Part shown: piece by piece, positions 20,556 to 30,424 of the stretch
How the letters are laid out: each line of letters starts with the position of its first letter
Numbering within the stretch: position 1 is the first letter of the stretch
Assembly: GCA_963710755.1 (NCBI GenBank)
Contig: CAVQBK010000003.1
Span: 320,001-384,000, forward strand
DNA length: 64,000 nucleotides
From: an uncultured bacterium
GTDB taxonomy: Bacteria; Oederibacteriota; JAAXVQ01; JAUVAV01
Direction: 5' to 3'
The notes under the pieces: model-generated
The model's input: only the letters and a program-made list of their open reading frames with translations
Told to the model about the DNA's origin: nothing
Database searches by the model: none
Program-made: the position numbers and the translations under genes

Positions 20556-21836
20556 ATGCTGATGAAACGAATAATGGCAGGACTCTTTCTCTTTCTCGGA
20601 TTAGCCCTGAACAGTTACAGCCTGACCTTTGAAGATTATTGGAGCCAAGTACAGCAGCATAATCCCCATTTGAACCAAGCCAAAACCTTGTGGCAGGCCG
20701 ACGAAGAAAAGGCGCACTATCTTGGTCTCTGGCCCAACCCCATGATCAAAGCGTCTATCCTGAATTTACCCATTAATGAATTAAATTTTGACCGCACACC
20801 CATGAGTGGTAAACAATTAATGCTAACCCAGGACATTCCCTGGTGGCAGGCACCGCTGCAGGGTGAGATCGCGCGAGCTCAAGTCAATGTAGCCCAAGCA
20901 AACTACGAGAAAACCTTATGGGAGTTAAGGAAACAAAGCCTGCATGCTTATTATGCACTTTGGTATGACCGGGAGGAAGAACGCATTCTCAACCATGAGC
21001 TGTTGTTGTACCAAAAGATGGCGTCCATTGCCCGGGCTAAGTATGAACGGGGCAATGGCTTGGAACAGGATGTCTTGCGAGCTCAGCTGGAAGAACAATT
21101 GTTGCAACATCGCCTGCTGATGAATGCCAGCCGTCAGGTTGCGGATCAACAAATGTTTATTGCACTTCTGGGTGATGGCGAAAACCCTTTAAAATATGAA
21201 GAAAAATTAAATGCGCCGCAGGTGACACACTTAATGCTCTCCCAAGTGGTGGCCACAGGTTTGCGTCAAAACCCGGAATTGGACCAATTACGCTCGATAG
21301 TAAAACTCAAAGAAAAAGAGGCCACACGGGCTGCCACCACCTGGATTCCCACGCTGGAAATTTCCGGGTATTACACCTGGAGGGAAAACGTCACGGGTGA
21401 TCCGGTCAAAGGCGAAGATTTTGTGGGGGCTGCCGTGGGCCTTAAGCTGCCGCTGTTGTTTCCATTAAGAGAAACCGCCCAGGCCCAGGCCGGACGATTG
21501 GCCTTGCAAGCTGCTCAAAAGGGCCTGGCTGATGCCACCAACAATATTACAGCCCAACTCCAGGCGATTGTGGCCAAGTTGGAACAACTGGAAGCGTCTT
21601 ATCAACTATATCAGCATGAAATCATTCCCCAGGTTCAGGCCACGGTCACGTCCTCCTTAAGCGCGTATCAAACCGGCAAGAGCGATTTTCTGACCGTCGT
21701 TAACAATGAATCCCTTTTAATCCAGCAGGAATTGGATGGCCGGGCGGTGGCACTTGATTACATGCAGGCGGTTGGGTCTTTGGAGGCGCTCGTGAAAGAA
21801 TCACTTTTATACCAGGAGACAAAAGCTCATGAATAA
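20556..21836 (+). CDS. TolC/CusC-like outer membrane factor
   Basis: Signal peptide, NP.L repeats, AYQTGKSDFL; precedes MFP and RND. Confidence 0.9.
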   Translation: MLMKRIMAGLFLFLGLALNSYSLTFEDYWSQVQQHNPHLNQAKTLWQADEEKAHYLGLWPNPMIKASILNLPINELNFDRTPMSGKQLMLTQDIPWWQAPLQGEIARAQVNVAQANYEKTLWELRKQSLHAYYALWYDREEERILNHELLLYQKMASIARAKYERGNGLEQDVLRAQLEEQLLQHRLLMNASRQVADQQMFIALLGDGENPLKYEEKLNAPQVTHLMLSQVVATGLRQNPELDQLRSIVKLKEKEATRAATTWIPTLEISGYYTWRENVTGDPVKGEDFVGAAVGLKLPLLFPLRETAQAQAGRLALQAAQKGLADATNNITAQLQAIVAKLEQLEASYQLYQHEIIPQVQATVTSSLSAYQTGKSDFLTVVNNESLLIQQELDGRAVALDYMQAVGSLEALVKESLLYQETKAHE

Positions 21837-22902
21837 GAAGCGTCCTATTTATATTATGGCCGTGATCCTTTTGCTGGCCACTGCTTTTGGCCTGACCAGC
21901 TGCGGTCAAAACGCTCCGGCCAAAGCAACGGTATTGTATCATTGCCCCATGCATCCTCAAATTGTTTCCGATCATCCTGGCAAATGCCCGATCTGCGGCA
22001 TGGATCTGGTGGTGTTTCATCCCCAGGAGGATAAAGCGCCGGCAGTTGATAATGAACAGGACCACACCAACCCGGCGCATAAAGAAGAAAACATGGTCAT
22101 GAACGAGGCGCCCAGCGGTTATGCCACCATCACGCTCAATAGCGAAAAACAACAACTCATTGGTGTGCAAACCGTGCCCGTGATCACCGAAGCCTTAACG
22201 TATGCCTTGAGGGTGTGGGGTGAAGTGGCGCATGATCCGGAGATGTACCAGGCTCAGGTGGAATATTTAAAGACCGCAGGCTATGGAGGCGGGCTGGCTT
22301 CAGCCTCCAAGATTAAATTGGAACATATGGGCATGAGTCAGGCTCAGATTCGGGCGCTGGAAAGAAGCGGGCGCGCCAAACTTAATCTCATTGTAGACAG
22401 TCAGGATCCATTGTTTTGGATCTATGCCTATTTCTATGAACCCGATTTGCCCCAGGTCAAGATCAATCAACCGGTGACCATCACTATTCCCAGCATGGAT
22501 CACAAGGTGATGCAGGGCACGCTCAAAGGTCTGCAGCCCTACATTGACACAAAAAGCAGAACCGACCGGGGCATTGTGGAAGTGAGGGACAAGAGCTTGA
22601 GCCTCAAACCGGGCCTGTTTGTCAATGCCAGCGCTAATGTTCAGCTGGCACCGGCGTTGGTTATTCCCAACAGCAGCATTATTGATACGGGCGAGCGTCA
22701 GATCGTGTTTGTAAAAAAAGGCGCGGGCACTTTTGAAGCAAGACAAGTCCGCGTAGGGAAATCCAATGGCACCTTAACCCAAGTGATCAGCGGCCTGACC
22801 TCAGGGGAACAAGTGGTGGTGAGTGGTAACTTCATGCTCGACTCGGAAAGTAAAATTGAAGCCACCATGAAAAAAGGCATGACCGGCGGCCATCATCATT
22901 GA
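21829..22902 (+). CDS. cusB: CusB-like RND periplasmic adaptor with heavy-metal-binding domain
   Basis: YHCPMHPQI...PGKCPICGMDL; LKPGLF; SGNFMLDSES; lipobox LTSC. Confidence 0.9.
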   Translation: MNKKRPIYIMAVILLLATAFGLTSCGQNAPAKATVLYHCPMHPQIVSDHPGKCPICGMDLVVFHPQEDKAPAVDNEQDHTNPAHKEENMVMNEAPSGYATITLNSEKQQLIGVQTVPVITEALTYALRVWGEVAHDPEMYQAQVEYLKTAGYGGGLASASKIKLEHMGMSQAQIRALERSGRAKLNLIVDSQDPLFWIYAYFYEPDLPQVKINQPVTITIPSMDHKVMQGTLKGLQPYIDTKSRTDRGIVEVRDKSLSLKPGLFVNASANVQLAPALVIPNSSIIDTGERQIVFVKKGAGTFEARQVRVGKSNGTLTQVISGLTSGEQVVVSGNFMLDSESKIEATMKKGMTGGHHH

Positions 22903-22956
22903 GCACGTTATCTTCAGACAGGGAAGGATCGCATCGCTTTTGATCAAGGTGATTAA

Positions 22957-25900
22957 ATGATAGAAAAAATCATTGAGTACAGCATCAGAAATAAATATAT
23001 CATTTTCCTGTTTGCCTCCCTGGCGGTCCTCTGGGGCATGTACAGTCTGACCCATGTTGCCCTCGATGCCATTCCGGATCTTTCCGACACCCAGGTGATC
23101 ATCTTCACCCAATGGCCGGGCCGTAGTCCTGACCTGGTGGAAGATCAGGTCAGTTATCCCATCATCAGCAACCTGTTGGCTGCACCGAAGGTTAAAACGG
23201 TGCGCGGCTACTCCATGTTTGGCATGTCCTTTGTCTATGTGCTTTTTGACGACAACACCAATATTTATTGGGCCCGCAGCCGCATTCTGGAATACCTCGA
23301 TAAAATCCGAGCCCAATTGCCGGAAGGGGTGGTGCCCACCCTGGGGCCCGATGCTACGGGCGTAGGATGGATCTATCAATATGTGCTTGATGATGAGAGC
23401 GGCAAGCACAATTTGGCTGATCTGCGTAGCTTTCAGGATTGGCATCTGCGTTATTGGCTGGAGTCGGTAGAAGGCGTGGCGGAAGTAGCCTCCATCGGTG
23501 GGTTTGAAAAGCAATATCAGATCACCATCGATCCGGACAAGCTGCAAGCTTACCATTTAAGTCTGAAACAGATCATTAGCCGTATCCGGCAGAACAACAA
23601 TGATGTGGGCGGCCAGGTGTTGGAAATGAGCGGTCATGAGTATTTTATTCGTGGCCGCGGCTATATCAAAAAAATGGAAGATATCCGGGCCATCAACCTG
23701 GGCGCTGATGCCCAAGGCACACCTATTTTATTGAAAGACGTGGCCCATGTGGCTGTTGGTCCGGTCAGCCGACGCGGAGCTGCTGATTACAATGGCAAAG
23801 GCGAAGCCGTGGGCGGTATTGTGGTGATGCGTTTTGGAGAAAACGCCCTGCGGGTCATCGAACGCGTCAAGGCCAAACTCAAGGACATTGCAGGCTCCCT
23901 ACCCCAGGGTGTCAAAATCAAAACCGTTTACGACCGCTCCGGTATTATTAAACAGTCCATGGCCACCCTCACCCGAACCCTGGTGGAAGAAGGCATCGTG
24001 GTGGCACTTATCATTTTTATCTTTTTGCTGCAATGGCGCGCTTCCCTAGTGGCGGTGCTCACCCTGCCGGTGGCGGTGCTCATTGCCTTCATACCCATGT
24101 ATTACATGGGTATTTCCTCCAATATCATGAGTCTGGGCGGTATTGCCATTGCCATTGGCGCCATGGTGGACGCGGCCATTGTCATTGTGGAAAATGTGAC
24201 CAAAAAAATGGAACGCTATCAGGAGTCGGGCAAGTCCAAACTGGAGATTCTGATGGAAGCCACCAAGGAAGTAGGCAAACCCATTTTCTTCTCTTTGCTG
24301 GTGATCACTGTTTCCTTCCTCCCCATCTTCAGTCTGGAAGCTCAGGAAGGCAAATTGTTCAAACCCCTGGCCTTTACCAAGAGTTTTGCCATGTTTTTTG
24401 CCGCGTTGGTTTCCATCACCCTGGCCCCGGCCCTGCTGACCCTTTTTAAAATGCCACGGGTCAAGCCGGAAGAAGCCAATCCCATCAACAGGGGACTTAT
24501 CCGTATTTACCTGCCCGTGGTACGGACGGTGCTTAAATATCGCAAAATAACCTTGGTGGTAGCTTTGGGTTCAGTCCTGCTTGCCGTGCCGCTTATGTTC
24601 AGATTGGGATCGGAATTCATGCCGCCCCTCAATGAGGGCAGTATCTTGTATATGCCCACCACGTTGCCCGGGATCGCCATTGACCAAGCCAAGGCGATAT
24701 TGCAAAAACAGGACAAGATCATCAAGTCCTTCCCGGAGGTGGCCAGTGTGTTCGGCAAGGTGGGGCGCGCTGAGACGGCTACGGATCCCGCGCCTCTGTC
24801 CATGGTGGAGACCACGGTTATGCTCAAAGATAAAAAAGACTGGCCCCACGGCATGACGTGGAAAAAACTAATTGCCCAGCTCGACCGCAAAATGCAATTT
24901 CCCGGATGGACCAATGCCTGGACCATGCCCATCAAAGGCAGAATTGACATGCTGACCACGGGGATTCGTACACCGGTAGGGATTAAAATTATGGGCCCCG
25001 ATCTAGGCACCATAGAAAAAATCGGAACGGCGCTGGAGCATACATTGCACACGGTTAAAGGCACGCGCAGCGTCTATGCCGAGCGGGTCACGGGTGGGTA
25101 CTTCGTGGATATCGTCCCCAGGCGTCCGGCGCTGGCCCATTACGGATTAACCATTGATGATGTGGGGCACGTCATCGAAACGGCCATTGGCGGTATGCCC
25201 ATCGGCACCACCGTGGAGGGGCCGGAGCGCTACACCATCAATGTCCGCTATGCTCGTGACTTTCGCAACAATGTGGCCCAATTAAGAAGGGTCTTGGTGT
25301 CCACGCCTTCGGGCGCCAATATTCCCTTGGAAGAAGTAGCCGACATTTCTGTGTCCACCGGTCCGCCGGTAATCAAAAATGAAAACGGGTCCATCTCGGG
25401 ATGGGTTTATGTGGACCTTGAGGGGAACCAGGATGTGGGCAGTTATGTGGCGGCCGCCAAACAAAAAGTGGCGCAGGAGGTTACCCTGCCCGCCGGTTAT
25501 ATCCTTAATTGGACTGGACAATATGAGTTCATGCAGCGGGTCAGCAAACGGTTGCGACTGGTTATACCACTTACCCTTTTGGCGGTGTTTCTGCTCATCT
25601 ATTTCAATTTTAAATCGTTTTCCGAAACCTTCATTATCATGGCCTCCCTCCCCTTTGCTCTGATTGGCAGCGTGGTCATGCTCAATGTGCTGGGATATAA
25701 TATGAGCGTGGCGGTCTGGATCGGCATGATCGCCCTGATCGGTGTGGCGGCCGAAACGGGCATTGTCATGTTGGTTTATTTGGATGAAAGTTACGAACGC
25801 CATCGTCAGGAAGGCCGTTTAACCAACCGTGGCGATTTGTTTGCCGCGGTGATTGAGGGCTCGGTCATGCGGGTGCGCCCCAAAGTCATGACCGTGGCCA

Positions 25901-26115
25901 CTACGATTATCGGGCTGCTGCCGTTGATGTGGAGCACGGGCCAGGGCGCGGATGTCATGAAACGTATAGCAGCGCCCATGGTAGGCGGTTTGATTTCTTC
26001 CATGCTTCTGACGCTCTTGATCATTCCTGCGGTTTACAGTCTTTGGAAAGAACGAACAATGCCACCTCCAGTCCCGGTTAAAAGTAAAAGCAAAAGCCAA
26101 AAAAAAGGAGCGTAA
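22957..26115 (+). CDS. cusA: CusA/SilA heavy-metal RND transporter
   Basis: LDAIPDLSD.QVI, GPDATGVGW, GAMVDAAIVIVEN, DPAPLSM.ET, AAPMVGG. Confidence 0.96.
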   Translation: MIEKIIEYSIRNKYIIFLFASLAVLWGMYSLTHVALDAIPDLSDTQVIIFTQWPGRSPDLVEDQVSYPIISNLLAAPKVKTVRGYSMFGMSFVYVLFDDNTNIYWARSRILEYLDKIRAQLPEGVVPTLGPDATGVGWIYQYVLDDESGKHNLADLRSFQDWHLRYWLESVEGVAEVASIGGFEKQYQITIDPDKLQAYHLSLKQIISRIRQNNNDVGGQVLEMSGHEYFIRGRGYIKKMEDIRAINLGADAQGTPILLKDVAHVAVGPVSRRGAADYNGKGEAVGGIVVMRFGENALRVIERVKAKLKDIAGSLPQGVKIKTVYDRSGIIKQSMATLTRTLVEEGIVVALIIFIFLLQWRASLVAVLTLPVAVLIAFIPMYYMGISSNIMSLGGIAIAIGAMVDAAIVIVENVTKKMERYQESGKSKLEILMEATKEVGKPIFFSLLVITVSFLPIFSLEAQEGKLFKPLAFTKSFAMFFAALVSITLAPALLTLFKMPRVKPEEANPINRGLIRIYLPVVRTVLKYRKITLVVALGSVLLAVPLMFRLGSEFMPPLNEGSILYMPTTLPGIAIDQAKAILQKQDKIIKSFPEVASVFGKVGRAETATDPAPLSMVETTVMLKDKKDWPHGMTWKKLIAQLDRKMQFPGWTNAWTMPIKGRIDMLTTGIRTPVGIKIMGPDLGTIEKIGTALEHTLHTVKGTRSVYAERVTGGYFVDIVPRRPALAHYGLTIDDVGHVIETAIGGMPIGTTVEGPERYTINVRYARDFRNNVAQLRRVLVSTPSGANIPLEEVADISVSTGPPVIKNENGSISGWVYVDLEGNQDVGSYVAAAKQKVAQEVTLPAGYILNWTGQYEFMQRVSKRLRLVIPLTLLAVFLLIYFNFKSFSETFIIMASLPFALIGSVVMLNVLGYNMSVAVWIGMIALIGVAAETGIVMLVYLDESYERHRQEGRLTNRGDLFAAVIEGSVMRVRPKVMTVATTIIGLLPLMWSTGQGADVMKRIAAPMVGGLISSMLLTLLIIPAVYSLWKERTMPPPVPVKSKSKSQKKGA

Positions 26116-26120
26116 AAAAA

Positions 26121-26600
26121 ATGAACACAGATAAAGGCAGGAGGAATTGGTTGCCCTTTGGAATGATGTTATTCATGGCGGCCGGCCTGGCCGGCCTGGC
26201 CTATGCCCAGACCATGGTTGGGCAGAGCCATCAGGGCCATACGGCTATGGCGGCTTCCAGCCAGGGCAGTGATGCTGATTTGCAACGCTATTACGAAACT
26301 TCACCGTTGCAGGTCCCCGGCGCAAGTATCACCCTGAAAAACAGCAAAGATGGCGTGGTAATTAGGGTGAGCAGCAAGGATAGACAAACAGCCCAGACCA
26401 TTCGGCAGCAAGCCAAGGCGTTTATAATGGAAAAAAATAAAATTGATAATGAAACGACCACCTGTCCGGTTATGGGGACAAGTCTGAAAAAGGGAGAAGC
26501 TTATAATACTGCGGTTTATGAGGGTAAAATTTATTATTTTTGCTGCGGTGCTTGTAAACCGGATTTCTTAAAAAATCCTGAGAACTACGTGAAACATTAA
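26121..26600 (+). CDS. Exported YHS-domain metal-binding protein
   Basis: Signal peptide; CPVMG...Y.GK.YYFCC..C...F.KNP. Confidence 0.85.
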   Translation: MNTDKGRRNWLPFGMMLFMAAGLAGLAYAQTMVGQSHQGHTAMAASSQGSDADLQRYYETSPLQVPGASITLKNSKDGVVIRVSSKDRQTAQTIRQQAKAFIMEKNKIDNETTTCPVMGTSLKKGEAYNTAVYEGKIYYFCCGACKPDFLKNPENYVKH

Positions 26601-26607
26601 TAAAACC

Positions 26608-26647
26608 GGGAAAGGTCGAGTGATTTGTCGCTCGACCTTTCCCTTTC
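26608..26647 (+). terminator. Stem-loop ending the cus operon
   Basis: GGGAAAGGTCGAG/CTCGACCTTTCCC then TTTC. Confidence 0.7.
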
Positions 26648-26915
26648 ATCAGCCCTCAGCTGCATTCGGGCACCTTTTCACGACGTTTTGATTTTTTATC
26701 TTTCATAGGAGACACCTCCCCTGCCTGATGTTAACTGGTCCACTATTACAGTCATTAGACATGTCCTAAGTCGAATAGTTCCTTAATCTCTAATTGGGGC
26801 AACCAACGAGATATGCAATGACTTGACGAATTGAAATGAGGGGATCAATATAAGGTCAGCATGGGTACAACCGGGCACACAAGGCCGGGAAGTCAAGTCC
26901 AATAAGGCCAGGGAG

Positions 26916-27308
26916 GTGGAGTTCATGTTACTAAAAGTGATCATCGAAAAACCTTTGCAGGAAAGTGTTGCAGCCTTTGAAACCGCCATTAGCCGCCGGG
27001 GGTTTGGCGTGGTGGGGAAATTTGATTTTCAAAAAACCATGGCTCAAAAAGGCGTCGTCTTTAGTCATGCCTGCGTAGTGGTGGAAGTCTGTAATCCCCA
27101 GAAAGCCAAAGTGGTTCTGGAAAAGAACATGAGTATCGCCACAGCCTTGCCTTGCCGGGTAGCGTTCTATGAACAAGAAGGTCAAACGGTCATTGCCACC
27201 ATGACCCCCACGGCGATTCTGGACCTGTTTAACGAACCGGACCTTAATCCTGTGGCGCAGGAAATTGAAGATGTGATCAAGCAAGCCATGCTTGACTGTA
27301 AAAAATAA
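26916..27308 (+). CDS. DUF302 family protein
   Basis: GFGV, EVCNP..A, LPCR. Confidence 0.9.
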   Translation: MEFMLLKVIIEKPLQESVAAFETAISRRGFGVVGKFDFQKTMAQKGVVFSHACVVVEVCNPQKAKVVLEKNMSIATALPCRVAFYEQEGQTVIATMTPTAILDLFNEPDLNPVAQEIEDVIKQAMLDCKK

Positions 27309-27322
27309 GAGATGAGGATATT

Positions 27323-27679
27323 ATGAACGACAAAAAACAGAACCTGCCTCCGTTGGCTGGTAAGGTCAAGGATGCAGCAGCTATGGTGGCTTATCAGGAA
27401 GGGGCGGTGGTGAGCCGTACCCTGATCGATCAACAGGTGGGCACCATTACTTTGTTTGCCTTTAGTCAGGATCAGGGCCTAAGTGAACATATCTCGCCTT
27501 ATGATGCCTTTGTTTATGTATTGGAGGGAAAAGGCTGCATTGCTATTGCCCAGGAAGAGCAGGATGTGAAAAAAGGGGAGTTTCTTATCATGCCGGCCGG
27601 TGTTCCTCATGCATTGCGCGCTCGGGAACCTTTTAAAATGATGCTGGTTATGATCAGACCTAAACGGGAGACGTCGTGA
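27323..27679 (+). CDS. Cupin domain protein
   Basis: VVSRTLI, TLFAF...QGLSEH, MPA..PHAL.A. Confidence 0.9.
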   Translation: MNDKKQNLPPLAGKVKDAAAMVAYQEGAVVSRTLIDQQVGTITLFAFSQDQGLSEHISPYDAFVYVLEGKGCIAIAQEEQDVKKGEFLIMPAGVPHALRAREPFKMMLVMIRPKRETS

Positions 27680-27721
27680 GTCTGCGGCCGGACACAAAAG
27701 GCCGAAAAGAAGAGAAGGCGG

Positions 27722-27907
27722 TCAGTTTAATTGATCGGCGGCCTCGGCTATTTCCGCGGGATAGCGGATGATCATTTCCTTTAAAACCGAACGATGATCA
27801 TCATCACCAAGCAAACGGTGAGCTGCGGCTGCACAAATGGGGCATTGTCCCGGGTGAATACCTATGATGGCATGACCGCATTCCTGACATATGTAATATG
27901 GTTTCAT
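27722..27907 (-). CDS. Small rubredoxin-like (rubrerythrin C-terminal type) protein
   Basis: YICQECGH....PGQCPIC; AAGGAG RBS upstream. Confidence 0.7.
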   Translation of the reverse strand: MKPYYICQECGHAIIGIHPGQCPICAAAAHRLLGDDDHRSVLKEMIIRYPAEIAEAADQLN

Positions 27908-28134
27908 GAGCGCACTCCTTTCACTGCCTGAGGTATAGTTTGACGAACTGCTATCTCCGTTATCGGTAAAATCATCTTGGAACTAAAGCATCTTATCATT
28001 TTGACTCTGGCATTAACCCCGGAGGTGATCTTGCTCAGCGAGCAGCGTCTCTTGTATCTTGCCGGGATTAGGCCAATCAGGGTCTAACCATTGTTCGGCA
28101 AGACAAAGCAAGCGAGACCAAGGGGGAGGACGTC

Positions 28135-28605
28135 ATGAATAAACTTGCGATGGGAGTGGGTGGAACAATTCTACTGCTGGTGATGGGATGCAGCGGTCAG
28201 CGCCCCCTTAATTTAGGGGTAACCAACGGCTTGCTGGCACCTTGCCCGGCATCGCCCAATTGTGTTTCCAGTGAGAGTCATGATCAGGAACATTTTAGCG
28301 CGCCGCTGGAAGTGCAACACGATCCACGAACAGCCATAAGACGCTTGGCCAACCTCATTAAACACCTGCCCCGTACCACGGTCGTGAAAATGACAGATCG
28401 CTATTTATATGTTGAATTCCGCTCGCGGCTGTGGGGGTTTGTCGATGATGTAGAATTTTATTTGGCCCCTGGTTCCAATCTTATTCAAGTGCGCTCCGCT
28501 TCCAGGCTTGGCTATGGAGATTTCGGCGTCAACCGCAAGCGCATTGAAAAAATCCGGCGTCTGTGGCAAACTGCACAAAACCAAACAAGTCCTGAAGGTC
28601 AATGA
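28135..28605 (+). CDS. DUF1499 lipoprotein
   Basis: L.PCP.SPNCVSS, GFVDDVEF, RSASRLG..D.GVNR.R. Confidence 0.92.
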   Translation: MNKLAMGVGGTILLLVMGCSGQRPLNLGVTNGLLAPCPASPNCVSSESHDQEHFSAPLEVQHDPRTAIRRLANLIKHLPRTTVVKMTDRYLYVEFRSRLWGFVDDVEFYLAPGSNLIQVRSASRLGYGDFGVNRKRIEKIRRLWQTAQNQTSPEGQ

Positions 28606-28675
28606 GACATGGTTTTTGTTTGCCCTGTCCAGGTACAATACCCCTATCCCATAATATAAAGGCGGAAGGTCGCAC

Positions 28676-29665
28676 GTGCAGTATAAAAGTTTTATAACTC
28701 ATCAAAAGACGTTCTTGTCCGAGCCCGCTTTGCCCTCATCGTGGCGGCTGTTAATGACGGGTATAACCTCCATTCATGGGTGGCCTATTTATCAACGGTT
28801 GCACGCGTTGTTGCCGGCCCATCAGTTGCTGGCCATACGTCCGCCCCAGATGTCCCGGCCGGAAGCGGAGAATGTGAGGGGGGTATGCATGCTTGATGAA
28901 ACGGGCTTGCGCGAAATTGCGAGACACTTCAAGCCTACTCACGTCCTGCATGCGGCCGGTGTATGTGATCTCGATGCTTGTGAAGCCCGTCCGGATTGGG
29001 CGCGCGGGCTTAACCAGGGCGGGGCCAGGGAAATGATGAAGCTCTTTGGGACTGATGCTTATATCATGTTTTTAAGCACCGATTTGGTGTTCTCCGGGAA
29101 CCAGCCGCCATCACGCGGGTATGCCGAACACCATACACCGGATCCCATCAGCGTGGTGGGTAAAACGTTTTTAGCAGCAGAGCAGGAAATCACTAAATCT
29201 TTACACCATTGTATTCTTCGCTTGGCGCTGCCGGTAGGCGCATCTCTTACCGGCAACAAGGGCGCTGTGGATTTCATAGAAGACCGGTTTAAACGTCATC
29301 TGCCCATGACGCTGTTCCACGACGAAATTCGCAGTTGCGTGACTTGCGATGACTTGACGGAGATGGTGCTCCATTTACTGGCCCGGGAAGCCACGGGGTA
29401 TTTTCATTTAGGCGGGCAAAAAGGGGTAAGCCTGTATGAGCTGGGAGAGAGGATCATTGAGAAAGGTAACTATCCGGCAGCTTTGTTAAAGCGTTTATCA
29501 CGTCATCAGGAAATTGCGGGGCCGCCTCGCATCGGCAATGTTCATTTAAACACGGACAAAGCGGCGGCATGGTTTGAACAGGTTTGTTTGGGCCGATTAA
29601 ACAGGGGACAAGTTGAAGATCAGCAAGGACCGGTAAAAACTATTTGCGAACCAAACCGAGTTTAA
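28676..29665 (+). CDS. RmlD-like (dTDP-4-dehydrorhamnose reductase-like) SDR protein
   Basis: HAAG, STDLVFSG, PDPISVVGK; the YxxxK Tyr appears to be replaced. Confidence 0.75.
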   Translation: MQYKSFITHQKTFLSEPALPSSWRLLMTGITSIHGWPIYQRLHALLPAHQLLAIRPPQMSRPEAENVRGVCMLDETGLREIARHFKPTHVLHAAGVCDLDACEARPDWARGLNQGGAREMMKLFGTDAYIMFLSTDLVFSGNQPPSRGYAEHHTPDPISVVGKTFLAAEQEITKSLHHCILRLALPVGASLTGNKGAVDFIEDRFKRHLPMTLFHDEIRSCVTCDDLTEMVLHLLAREATGYFHLGGQKGVSLYELGERIIEKGNYPAALLKRLSRHQEIAGPPRIGNVHLNTDKAAAWFEQVCLGRLNRGQVEDQQGPVKTICEPNRV

Positions 29666-30047
29666 GCATTTCATCGAGCAATTTGTCTTCGTCAAAAGGT
29701 TTGACGATATAGCCATCCGCTTGTTCCCGGAAGGCATTAAGCACATGATTGGCATCGTTGAAGGCGGTTAGCATGATGATTTTCAAGCTGTCCTGGATAG
29801 ACCGGGTCTTCTCTAGGGCACGAATTTCCCTCAAGGTGGAGATGCCGTCCTTGTCGGGCATCATAATGTCCAAAAAGACCACATCAAAAGGCTTGCGCCC
29901 GTTCCAGCGATCCTGAACCGCATTGATGGCCAAGTCACCGCCCAGTACATAATCACATTCTCCATAGGGGGCCAGTACCCGGCAGGCTAATTTGCAAATT
30001 TCCTCGTTGTCATCCACCACTAAAACACGCATGGCCGGCTCCTTCAA
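29640..30047 (-). CDS. Single-domain response regulator (CheY-like)
   Basis: VVDD, FLDIMMP, MLTA, YIVKPF. Confidence 0.92.
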   Translation of the reverse strand: MKEPAMRVLVVDDNEEICKLACRVLAPYGECDYVLGGDLAINAVQDRWNGRKPFDVVFLDIMMPDKDGISTLREIRALEKTRSIQDSLKIIMLTAFNDANHVLNAFREQADGYIVKPFDEDKLLDEMLKLGLVRK

Positions 30048-30160
30048 ATAAGTTGATCATGATGCAGGAAGTATCGGAATATTTTATAAAAAAATTAATT
30101 TCCCAAGGTCAAAAGAACCGATAAAATAATCGTCCTCCTGACTCGAAAGGGTCACAAATC

Positions 30161-30409
30161 ATGAGGACAGTGATGGAGGCATTGCTTATGCAGATAAAGC
30201 CGCTAGTGTTCGTCAATACACTTCTGGTGTTCAGCATGCCGCTCCAGATTCTTACCGGCTTGCTTATGAGCACGTGGGACCTGGAATGGGCGCACGAAGT
30301 CCACGAAATTAACGGGCCGTTACTGGCGGTGCTCTTTGTGGGCCATATAATATTTAATTGGGGATGGATTAAAAATAATTTTTTCAAGCTGAAGAAAAAG
30401 ACCTTTTGA
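30161..30409 (+). CDS. Small membrane protein, DUF4405-like
   Basis: Two TMs with His (HEVH, HIIFNWGWI). Confidence 0.7.
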   Translation: MRTVMEALLMQIKPLVFVNTLLVFSMPLQILTGLLMSTWDLEWAHEVHEINGPLLAVLFVGHIIFNWGWIKNNFFKLKKKTF

Positions 30410-30424
30410 GTTCAGTTCAGGGGC

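Noticed and set aside
22801-23556. Long antisense/overlapping ORFs (also 50396-51232, 34730-35380, 61980-62594, 18929-19534)
   Set aside because: Shadow frames of well-supported genes, with no motifs of their own.
18525-27907. Integrative island at tRNA-Ala
   Set aside because: No integrase and no duplicated tRNA 3' end seen; only a locally AT-richer FapA region.
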